Source: Camelus dromedarius
Taxonomy: Eukaryota
Direction of reading: 5' to 3'
DNA: 64,000 bases
NCBI RefSeq assembly: GCF_036321535.1
Contig: NC_087437.1
Span: forward strand, 96,970,001-97,034,000
Shown here: positions 54,171 to 64,000 of the stretch, in pieces
Layout of the letters: every line of letters starts with the position of its first letter
How positions within the stretch are numbered: position 1 is the first letter of the stretch
Translations under genes and position numbers: made by a program
Notes under the pieces: model-generated
The model's input: the letters and a program-made list of their open reading frames with translations, nothing else
Told to the model about the DNA's origin: nothing
Database searches by the model: none

Positions 54171-54767
54171 CTACACAAGAGAAAACTTTAATTGGTGAGA
54201 AAAATTAAGTGCTTAAAATGAGTAAGTCCATACACATTCAATAGCTGTAGATTCTTTTTGAGCATCAAAATGTCAAAATAGCTTTGATTTACATAATTAA
54301 ATTTGCCAAATCATTAGCCCATAATGTAATGGCTCTTGGTATTATTCAGGGGGAATGCAACAACTAAACTCTTAATGTTTTAAAATTGACTACAACACTG
54401 GAAACGATTTCCACATAATCACTAGAAAGAGCTAAATAAAAATGATTTATTGACAATACATTTAAGTGGGTAACAGCTTCTATAGGTCTTGCTTTAAAAC
54501 ATTTAATTAATGTTTCTATTTGGTGAAACAATTATAGCAGTGCCCCTTGGAAAGTGTCGTGGCTCTAAATGAGGGCATAGCCCATCCCTCAATTATGTGA
54601 CCAGGAGCATCTTTTTATACATCTCTGCATACATAATTTCATATCAAAATGAGCTTGATTTTTGCTTTTCGCTCGTGAGAAATCTGCATGTTCACTTGAG
54701 AGTTGTAATTTTTATCTTAATCTTTTAATTCACTGTAGTTTATACCTACTTCCCCCGGGTCATCTCT

Positions 54768-55075
54768 AGCACATCTCAAACTATCAGTGGTGAAGGACCA
54801 GTCATTTTATTTTATTTTTTTAAATTCTAATCTCTTTCAGATATTATTTTTATTAAATACATTGAAAAATGAATTGCTCTAAAAATTGAAAATCCAAAGA
54901 CAAAACATGCATCCAATTTTTAAAGAATTTTATTGATTCTACAACATGAAATAACTTTGTCCAATTGCTATAAGCTTTTCTTAGGCTTACTTAACTTCTG
55001 TATTTATTCCATTACTGACTAGTAAGAAAGTTCTCCAACCAGCACTGGTTTTCAGACCATACTTGAGGATCACTG
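54768..55075. mobile_element. hAT-Charlie non-autonomous element
   Basis: Ends 'catctcaaactatcagtggtgaaggaccag' and 'accagcactggttttcagaccatacttgaggatcactg'; internal 'ttgtccaattgctataag'. Confidence 0.6.
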
Positions 55076-56129
55076 AATCCATACCCAAGCCTTCAGTTCA
55101 CAAAAGCAGTTCTGGAAATGGGAGTTCTTGCTACTCAGTTTTCTGAGGGGTCCTTAAAGTGGAAAGAGGGAGGAAAATTTTCCTAGAATTGTATATTGAC
55201 AATGGCTCTTCCATCCTCCTTAAATCCTCTAATGACAGGACACGCCAGCTGTAGTTTTCCCTAGCTCCCACTCTTGCAATCGTTGATTAACCCTCAGTGG
55301 TGGCAATGTTATTTACTCACGTATTTGTTTACTTTGACCTCTTAATGTCAAAGTACTTCCTTTAGTCCCAGCAAGCTTTTTGTTTCCTTGGCCAATTCTG
55401 TAAAGGAAACATTTCCTGAATATCCTTAAACTTACATTTTAACAATATTAGGGTTCCATTTAAAATACATTTGGGTTCTCCTCTAGGACTTGTCCATCCT
55501 GGTTAGTCATTATTGGAAAAAAACTGAATACCCACAACACAAAGGAAATGGCAGAAAGAGAAGGCACAGCAGAGTAAAACACACAGAAGGTAATTCAAGA
55601 CAATGCTGCCAAGTGTCATTAGCTGAAAGAAATTATGATGTAGAAGGAGTGAGGCAATTCTCACTGGCCAACAGTGTACAGAACAATATGCTGCCCTAAA
55701 CATATTATATGTATATGGATATAAAAGTATAAATGCAAAGTTCTGTGGTGGATTATATATGTTATATATATTATATGCAAATTGTGTATCTAATATAGGT
55801 ATATTTAAAATATAACTCTCTATATAAATATACACAAACATATATTCACATACATGTTGCTCACATACACACAAACCTTTCCTGGAAAATCTATCAGAGA
55901 CAAATAGCTTTTTAATAAACCAGTTTGGCATAGATTATCTGAAATGTGTATCTTAAACCTAAATCATTTCTGTGCGTCCAGACTGGAAAATTCAAGTGCA
56001 ATTCTATACTTGATGTCTCCCTCAGATTTTTCTAAGGGAGATGAGGTAGTATCAGTGTGTCCAAAACTGAACTTTTGAGTAGCTCCTCAAATCCAGTCCC
56101 CACTCCACCCCAAAAGACACCTATCTCAG

Positions 56130-56595
56130 ATGGCCTCACTCTAGGAATTTATCTTATGGAAAGTCATAGTCAGTGCATCTTTCTTTATGAGAGCATAATT
56201 ACTATTGATAAAGTATTAATTTAAATAAATAACTCAACCGCTATTCAATCAGCTATTATTTAACTTTTAAGTGAATCAGATAGGTTTTTATATTCTGACT
56301 TGGAAAAATATGATTCAAGGTACATGGTTAAGTTAAAAAGGCAAGTTTCAGCAAAGTAAAATATGATTAATTTTTGTACAACAACAGTAATAATGTAACC
56401 TGTTAATTCAGTCATAGATAAAGCATTTGGAAGAACACATAAAACCTTTGCAGGAACATATAGACAGAGTTCATAGTGTCTATTTCTGGGTACTAGGATT
56501 ATAGGAAATGTACACTTTTTAAAATAATTTATATTAATATATTACTTTTTAATACTCTTTTTTATTATTTTAAAATTAGAAAAATAAAACAGCTA
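56130..56595 (+). mobile_element. Ancient L1ME-type 3' fragment
   Basis: 'cactctaggaatttatc...ctgacttggaaaaat...gttaagttaaaaaggcaagtt...tttggaagaacacata...tctgggtactaggattatagg'. Confidence 0.55.
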
Positions 56596-57437
56596 AGAAA
56601 AGGAAAAGAAAGACACACAAAAGTGGCCAGGTGAGAAGTACAGTAAAGAAATGAAGAATCTAAAATAGGAAATACAAAGAGAAGGAAAAGGAAAATTAAG
56701 CACAGCGATGCTTAGAGACTTAATCAGCATTTGCCTTGTGGCTCTCCCAGGGAGAGAGCCAGGTAAAGACCAAGCAGAGCAGTCACAATGCTAGCAGCTA
56801 GGTTTTAACTTTACATAAAATGAGAGTCAAGCAATTATTTAAAATGATAAAGTAAGAAGGGTTTAAATGATAATTTGTGTTTGCTACAGACTTCAATGAT
56901 TTCTTAATGCCCTCAGGCACAAGAGCAGCATCTGCAAGTTCAAGACTGCCAAAATGTCTCAGAGGTCTAAGTTTTCAGTGAGTGAAATGACAAATAAGAA
57001 ACTTTTGTCAAAGTCCTCTAATATAAAAAAAGGGGGGGGAGGGTAATAAGACTTACAACTGCTTATAAAGCAGGCAGCTCTTTTGATTTGATTCTGCACA
57101 ATTCTTTCCTGCTGCCAATGGCTATTTGTACTTAATTTTGGAAAGACAGCTTCATTTTTTGGCCAGTTTTAACTGCTTTTTAGTAATGCCTTCCAAATAA
57201 GTGAAGGTAATGTGTGTGGTGAGGGAAGAGGTTAACTGTGCCATGTGTGATATTGTTTGAGATATAAAATCTATGAATTCTGAGTGCATTTTAGGGAACA
57301 AAGGATGTAATAAATAATACTTTGATGGGAACACAGAGTATCAAGTATTTTCGCGCCAGTTTTAACCAACTTTGACTCTTAAAAACAAACATAGAACTTT
57401 TATCTACTGACAGCCACTGTGGAATCCCGGCTACTAT

Positions 57438-57585
57438 TGTTACATAGAAGTGAGCACTGGGCAGGGGGAGAGGAAGGGAAAGGAACAACCCAGAACACAA
57501 GGAGCCTGAGATGTCAATTAACCAGAGCACAAGGAAGCTGAGCTGTCAATCAACCAGAGCACGGGGAACCTGAGTTGTCAGTCAG

Positions 57586-57616
<31 letters not shown>

Positions 57617-57850
57617 CAAAACCAGGATATAAATACAGGAAGAACAAAGGACCCGCGCCATTTTGCCTCTCTTGGATTGGCCCGCTCCCAATTCTCGGGA
57701 GTGTACTATCTTACACTATTTTTTTTTTTTACTTCTCTAATAAAAATCTTGCTTACGTCACATTTTTTTTCTCTCGTCAAAAATTCTTTTTTTTGGGGGG
57801 GGGGGGTGATTAAGAACCGAGGCAATTCTTATTTCCTTTTTCTGGCAACA
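57438..57850 (+). mobile_element. ERV solo LTR (same family as 27128-27695) with three 32-bp tandem repeats and (TCAA)n
   Basis: TGTTA...CAACA termini, near 4-bp duplication ctat/ctac, TATA (gatataaa ~57626), AATAAA (~57739); shares 'ggggagaggaaggg..a..aacccagaa', 'aaaccaggatataaa', 'ttggccc' and 'gtgtactat' with the other copy. Confidence 0.85.
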
Positions 57851-58439
57851 CTACCAGTGATGTGATCCCAGGACACAAAGCAACAAGACCCGTATTTACA
57901 ATAATGTCTTGATAAAACTGCCACAATCAGCTTATTACACCCGCTTCACTAGCTTTTATTACTTGCTGTTAGCTGCTTTTGCTTAAAACACTTAAAATTG
58001 AGCTGAGCACATGAAGAGTGGTTTAGTAATCAAATCAACACGGTTTAAAGCAGATATAACAAAAATTCTTATATCCAAAGGAAGAATCGTATGCCCATCT
58101 TAAACGGAAAATATCTAAGAAATTATTTTGTTTATTCTTAAAAGCTTTTGTGTAAAAATGTAACGGTGCCATACAATAAAACATTCTTATTTTTAAAGAA
58201 ATTTTTGTTCAAATAATTGTTTAATCATAATCTTTGGCTCCTGACACATTATCATCATTGGTCCGTGACCCTATTTTATCCATACCTCCCTCCTTTCTTC
58301 CTGTCCTTTTGTCACTAGCAAAGCCCAGTAACAATTCTTAGGAAATAAAAATAGAATCTGGATGATAAAACAAAGTCTAACCTTTGTCTTTTCCTCTGTG
58401 CTCCGTCTAGTTTCACTTGCTCACAAGGTGCCACAACCA

Positions 58440-58710
58440 GAGGCCTCGCCCCAGGCCGCTCAAACCGGAGCTGTTAGCGTGAAACAGTTGCTCTTCAGGA
58501 CGGCGTGCGGAAGCCGCAGAGAACACCGCCACTCAAGATGGCGGCGGCCGCGGCGGCGGGCTGTGTGCAGAGACGCCGTGCGCGCGTGTGCCGTGGTCTG
58601 GAGCCTGAGCAGCAGCTGCGCCCGTCCCGCGAGAGCTCTGCCCCTCCCCACTGACGGGATTCCTGTGAAGCAGCCCCGCCCACAGCCTGGCGGGTAAATC
58701 TCGGGCCCTA
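58440..58710. promoter_or_regulatory. Small CpG-island promoter
   Basis: Only CpG-dense segment in the window. ETS CGGAAG 58508-58513; YY1 CAAGATGGCGGC 58534-58545; NRF1-like TGCGCGCGTG 58579-58588; BANP-like TCCCGCGAGA 58625-58634; GC box CCCCGCCC 58674-58681. Confidence 0.8.
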
Positions 58711-58929
58711 GAGCAGGAGCTCCCACCCCTCCATTCTTTGACCAAAAAACAAAGCTTTCCTTTGCTTCTGAACTGAACTCTGTCTTGTTCTGCTGGCTCC
58801 AGCAACCCTGGGCAGGAGGACCCTTATTGGGGACCAAGTCAGGAGGATCAGCGACCCTTCCTTCAGTCCCTCTTACTTCCTCTCTTCTTTTTCTCTCTTT
58901 TTCCTTCACCAATTTTTAAAAATTTAATG

Positions 58930-59470
58930 AATAGCAATTAAACCCACACCCTAAGTCAAAAACTAGATCACCAAAAGCTTACATGGATCTATGTGCTCTC
59001 CCCAACCCTTGATTTTTTCCTCCCACTGAGGTAACTATTTTTCTGAATTTTATAATAATCCTTTTTTTTCCTTGAAGGAAAAAAAAAATCCATATTTATT
59101 ACATATATAGGTATTCCAAAACAATCTGTTGTTTCTAAATAAATACATATTTTATAAAAACTAGCTTGTAGTTTTATAGATCTTGATTTTTTTCATTCAA
59201 TATTGCATTAATATGAACTCATTGATTACTTATAACTAGCTATAATAGATGCACATTCATAGCTGTATAATATTTAATGGTTGACTAGACTATGATTGAT
59301 CCTCTCACTCTCCTGTTGATGGACTTTTGACTATTCTCTAAGGTAAAACCCAGCAATTCCACCCCTGGAAATATTAACAGAAGTAATTTTTGCATATGTG
59401 TATCAGAAACGTTCACAACCATATTAGCCATAATTTATAATAGCAAAAAAATATAAATAAACAAGTGAGA
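58930..59470. mobile_element. Ancient L1ME fragments (- ~58930-59340, + ~59340-59470)
   Basis: 'gaggtaactatttttctgaatttt', 'tctcctgttgatggactttt', 'acccagcaattccacccctggaaatat'. Confidence 0.55.
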
Positions 59471-59759
59471 AATCTTGTTCTGAACTTTAGCCAAAGGAAT
59501 TTATTTATCAGAACTGTCCAACATTCTTTTGCATGTGTCCCTTGTGAAGTCAAGTCAGTATTAAGGTATCTTTATTTTTATTTGAACTTTAAATTTATTT
59601 TTATTTTAAAAAAACCTATTTTCAAGTAAAAACTTTTCTGAGTGTGTACACTTATCTCTATTTATACTGCTAACACTACTTACCACTGTCCAAATGGATA
59701 CCTGGCAATTCTTTTGCTTTGTTTTAATCCTTGGCATAAAACCTCTTATTAACTGATAC

Positions 59760-59900
59760 TTGCTTTTTCATTCAATTATTTTCTATCTCCCTCAAGTTGA
59801 GCAGGGATCTTGCCACCCTTGGACATCACCGTATCCCCAACACACTGAACACTGCTTTGTGTACAGTAGCAATGATTAGTAAATACCTGTTGAGTGAGGA
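59760..59900 (+). mobile_element. L2 3' end fragment
   Basis: 'tgagcagggatcttg...tcaccgtatccccaacac...agtaaatacctgttgagtga'. Confidence 0.6.
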
Positions 59901-60637
59901 AGTTGTGACGATTGCACTGTGGATGGAAGACAGCAGCTGATTACATTTCCGTATGTCTAAAGAGTGTTTATTATTTTAGGACCGTGAATATAGTGATTTA
60001 AACATGTTCTATAAGATCAGTATTCATCATATTAACAGTATCATATTAACTTCATTAAATACAAGATTCTTATGTTTAAGTCTGTTAAAATGCAAACAGA
60101 ATTTTTTTCATCATTTATTAAGTACCTCTGTAATTAACTCACAACACTTCTTTTCTATTTTGCCAAGAAAACAATAACTTTTTTGCTGGAAAATGTAAAA
60201 GTCAACCGAATATGGGACATCTATCTATTTCAGAGGCTCCTTAGTGATGGTTGTGGCCCTAATTAAGGATGGCTTTCTAAAGTAAGAGGTAATTGCTGAC
60301 GCACAGAATGCAGAGTTCAATGAGAAAAATGAGCAGTAATGAATATTCACTTTGAAGCTTGCCTGACTGAGTGCTTAGATTACAGAAAGTTGGAGAACTA
60401 TGCTGAATATGGCTGATAAATGAGATTCCTTTCCTGACCCTCACTTCCATCAGTACTTAAGCTGTATCAGTTTTAATGCTTCAGTTTGGGAGCCTTGCCT
60501 CTAAAAGTCAAGGATTTATGGTGAGTGAAAAATGTCCATATTAAAAAGGTAAGAGGAGATTCAGATGATATCCACTTTTGACCACTATAATTAATAGCTA
60601 AATCTTCAATGGTAACTAATTGAATGGAGGTCAGTAT

Positions 60638-60651
60638 GTTGCCATGGTAAT
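60638..60651. promoter_or_regulatory. RFX X-box-like site
   Basis: GTTGCCATGGTAAT, one mismatch from the X-box consensus GTTGCCATGGNAAC; lies in repeat-free sequence. Confidence 0.45.
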
Positions 60652-61969
60652 GTCCTAGCCAAGCAATTTTACCCATTTTCCAGTCTGCTGCCCCTCTGCA
60701 TAACTGAAGTTATAAAATGCTTTAATTGCAAGATTTGCAAATGATGCAACATCTGGGCTCGAATTTACATAGAAAGGGAGAAGTTTAATGGAGTTATTAG
60801 CATATCTGTGTGAATGCCTCAATTTTTATATTTAATTATGAAACCTGCAGTTTCACCAATGAACTCACAATAGAGAAACGCAGCATGGAAAAATATAAGA
60901 ATCTAAGAATCAGCAAGTAAGTTTCCACTATTTCATTTTAGGAACTACAATTTTTCATATGGCCAATCTTTACTTTCAGTTTATTGTTAAGTGATTAAAA
61001 AATTGGTTAATAGAAGACTTTGCTAACTGTTTAAAAACCTGCATCATTCTCGTGACTCTATGTATTAAAACAAAAATTTTTAAATGTGTCCAGACTATGC
61101 TTTAGAAAGTTCAGCAAAAAGAAACATATCAACAGGAAAATAATGTTAGTACTTCACCCTTGTACCAAGCATGTAATAATATTACTATTTACTTATAGGC
61201 ATATGAGAATTCCTATAGTAGTAATACCCTAAGAGGAAAGAATAGATTATATGTATGTTTTATGAATTAACTGATTCAGACACAATACAAATAAGTAATA
61301 TTTCTATAACAAAACTATCCAAAGAGATGAGAGTGGGATACATGGGTTTGTAAGTCTGGTGTTACTGGTGGTTTATGTAAAACAAAACAAACAAACAAAA
61401 AAGCTGTGTCATTAGAATCATTGTTTATTCTGACTGTAGGATTTTGAAATGAAGTCTTTCAAGACATCCCACAAAATTTGTAATACCATATAAATATCCA
61501 AAAAACCTTTTCAACTGATGTGATAGTTACAAAACTGGAACTACTTTATAGGTCTAATATGCAGAAAAATACTGAAAACCAGGAGGAACAGTGCTAGATT
61601 TTAAAAAGAAACAGAAGTCCAGTACCCTTCACTATTTTTCTAATGGCACTATAAGCATCATTGGGCTTTCTAGTAGAATTTTATGCCTGGGGCATCTTTT
61701 TCTACTGAAACCATGACTTTGAACTGTATTTTCCAGGATGCTGACACAGCTAATTATCTGAATTTTGTACCTCTAAATTTCAATGTTTGCAGAAAAGTTG
61801 GCTTATTAAAAATCACAAAAAAGCACTAAAAAATATAAAGGTTTAAAAGTAAAAATATAAATATAGGCATATGTATCTTATACTGCTAAATTGAATTTAA
61901 CATGTTCTTTTGTATGTAACAAATATTATATTCAAAAAATAATCAAAAAGAAAATCTTATCTGATTTTA

Positions 61970-62135
61970 AGGTACATAGTATAGGATAAAGACAATGAGT
62001 ATGGGAGCTCACGTACAGAGACCGGATTCAAATGTCAGCTCTCCCCTTATGGCCAAGGGAACTCAGGTAAATTGTGTAACATCCTAACACAGCTTCTGCA
62101 TCTCTAAGGTGCAATTGATAATGCCTACTAACCAT
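61970..62135 (+). mobile_element. MIR SINE fragment
   Basis: 'agagaccggattcaaatgtcagctct...caggtaaattgtgtaac...cagcttctgcatctctaag...gataatgcctac'. Confidence 0.6.
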
Positions 62136-63084
62136 TTCAGCATGGACACTTAATGATGCAGATAAGGCCCTTTGCAAGATGAGTAGTATAAAATAATTTT
62201 CATATATTAATACATAATATAATTTTAATTATCCACCTCATTTGTGGGTAAAGCTACTACTTCTGATAGAAGTGGTTAAAATTGGTCCGAGAAAGATAAA
62301 ATCATGGCTGACTGGTAAATCTGAGTTAGCCTATAGCTAATGAGAGCATGTCTTACTAATAGCTAATTTGTTGGAAATGAAACTGCTTTGAAGTTCCATC
62401 TAGGCCCATAATTTTTCACTGCTGCACTAAATTTCCAGACTGCTGGGTTAGGAGAAACCCTGCAGGGAGTATCAGTCTCTCCTTGGTAAGACAAAGGAAG
62501 TAGAAACATTTTCTCCAGAAAAGGCTGTGAGTAACTGTACCTAACAGAGAAGGGGAGGTGCCTGGTGGAGGTCAAACGATACTTTGTGAGAAAGAAGTAA
62601 GAAATTGAGGGAGGAGAAAAGCTGAAAATTGATAAAAGAGGACCAGAACATTTCTAGGTTGTCCCAGGGTAGCTAGAGGCCACATAAAAAGGAAGGCATC
62701 CTTCTTGATTGGAAATCAATATAAAAATGGGGAGGCATAGGAAATTAAATTAATAAAGAGTTCTAAAGAAAAATATTTCCATGCAAATTTTTTCAGCTGT
62801 AACTAGATTTACCTTTAATCATGCAAACCATTTCCACTTTCTCCTTGTAATTTTTCAATGCTTAAAAAAATTTTTTTTTTGAATTTAAACAATGCAAGTA
62901 TATCATGATGGCCTGAAGACAACTCAAATACACATTGAGTTGCTAGTCACAGCTCTTATATAATGTGGTGGAAACTAAGACCTAAATAATTAAGGCAATC
63001 CACTTACCAAATATAAATTAAGTAACTTTTATTTATGGTAACCTGTGAGCATACAACATTATATAAGAGCAAGTCCTTACTCTC

Positions 63085-63532
63085 CTGAGACTTACATTCT
63101 CCTAGGAAATGAGTCCATGAGCCTGGCTGGGCCAAACTGAGCACCTCATTGGAACAACAGTGTTTCCAGGATGGGCATTCCACCCAAAGAGATCTTTCTC
63201 TTGATTTTTTTTTTCCCCCACAATTATTGGGAAAGTAAGAGCCCTTTCCTTCAGGAGCTTAGAACTGGAACCTTGGAGTTTCTGGGGGCCATTGTCGCCA
63301 CCCCGTGGAAAAAGATTCTTCCTAAAGATGACTTGACAGAGAAGTTCAGCTGAGAAAGGAAAGGTAGGGATTCCCAATGATTTCAGTGCCTGAATATGCA
63401 TCTATGGCTGAAATTATAATACTTTTAGACTATTAGTTATGTGAACGTTCAACCCCTCCTCTTCCTTAAACACTTAAACCATGTAAGATGGGTTTCTGAC
63501 TTTTGCAAGTAAAGTAAGGATACTAACTAATA
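63085..63532 (+). mobile_element. Old MaLR LTR (MLT1J/K/L-like)
   Basis: 'ggctgggccaa...caggatgggcat...ctgggggccattgtcgccacc...gggtttctgacttttgcaagtaaag...ctaactaata'. Confidence 0.6.
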
Positions 63533-63755
63533 AAATTGATTTAGAATTTGTAAGGGTAGAAATATACAGAAAACCACAAATTAATTTTGTTTAACAAAAG
63601 CCTTTTAACAGCTAAATTTATGATCAAGTTAATGCATACATTTTTACTACACTTTAGGCACTATTAAAATCTTAAGGCTTAATCCTTTCCTGTGTTTTCT
63701 TGAAATTTAGAATAACCTAATGCTCCAAAAACAATATTACTTCAATTGATCATAC

Positions 63756-63881
63756 TATGCTATTTCTTAGATTATATCTGAACATCTCTAGAGCTTGAAA
63801 AATGCTTGCAATTTTGGCGGTTATTTCTACTCCAGAATTCTGCTTAGACACAGTTTGAAGCCACCACTCTAAGCCCCACGC
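63756..63881 (-). CDS. Candidate internal exon (AWGLEWWLQTVSKQNSGVEITAKIASIFQALEMFRYNLRNSI), 126 nt, phase 0-0
   Basis: Acceptor acatacAG, donor ATA|GTATGA, fully open protein-like frame in non-repeat DNA; protein not recognised. Confidence 0.35.
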
Positions 63882-64000
63882 CTGTATGTTTGTGGTAAAA
63901 ATAGATTTTTTTTGTGAGCAAAATATGATGGCTTGGAAATAATTGCTACCTGCTTGTACCTTCAAGTTGCAAAACTGTCAAGTACTTCAACCTGCTAATT

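Noticed and set aside
55503..55931. 142-aa minus-strand ORF
   Set aside because: Runs through TA-rich low-complexity sequence; composition not protein-like.
57490..57585. 32-bp repeats resembling a CRISPR array
   Set aside because: Directly tandem with no spacers, inside a mammalian LTR.
27128..57850. Possible full provirus between the two LTRs
   Set aside because: 30 kb apart, separate target duplications, different U3 regions, and no gag/pol/env or primer-binding site seen.
58362..58912. Four overlapping ORFs of 62-150 aa
   Set aside because: Expected by-product of stop-poor GC-rich CpG-island DNA; no recognisable domains.
61158..61228. Possible minus-strand exon bridging 63756 and exon A (good acceptor, phase 0 to 2)
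   Set aside because: Contains an in-frame TAA and needs a weak donor; too speculative without alignment.
62357..62540. AG/GT-bounded minus-strand segment (ORF 62363-62575)
   Set aside because: Phase incompatible with the upstream candidate exon and not open to the donor.

Overview
AT-rich mammalian genomic DNA, very likely from a camelid (alpaca/llama/camel), judged from a tRNA-Ala-derived SINE of the camelid Vic type at 43262-43392 with a perfect 14-bp target-site duplication. Most of the window is intronic or intergenic and filled with old eutherian repeats (L2, MIR, L1M, MLT1, MER5/58/63/102, Tigger, Charlie). Younger insertions are two related ERV solo LTRs, a 5'-truncated L1 and the SINE. 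No prokaryotic features (CRISPR, operons, rRNA/tRNA genes) are present, and the supplied ORFs are almost all incidental or repeat-derived. Three gene-like signals stand out. (i) A probable last coding exon and 3' UTR of an unidentified + strand gene at about 4.4-6.6 kb. (ii) A compact CpG-island promoter at about 58.45-58.7 kb with YY1, ETS, NRF1-like, BANP-like and GC-box motifs. (iii) A chain of minus-strand exon-like segments (54170-54092, 47626-47566, 42462-42316, possibly also 63881-63756 and one starting at 32423) whose splice phases fit together; these could encode a 77-aa protein or be the remains of a decayed gene. I could not assign any gene symbol. Repeat family names come from recalled consensus similarity, not a database search, and boundaries of old repeats are approximate.
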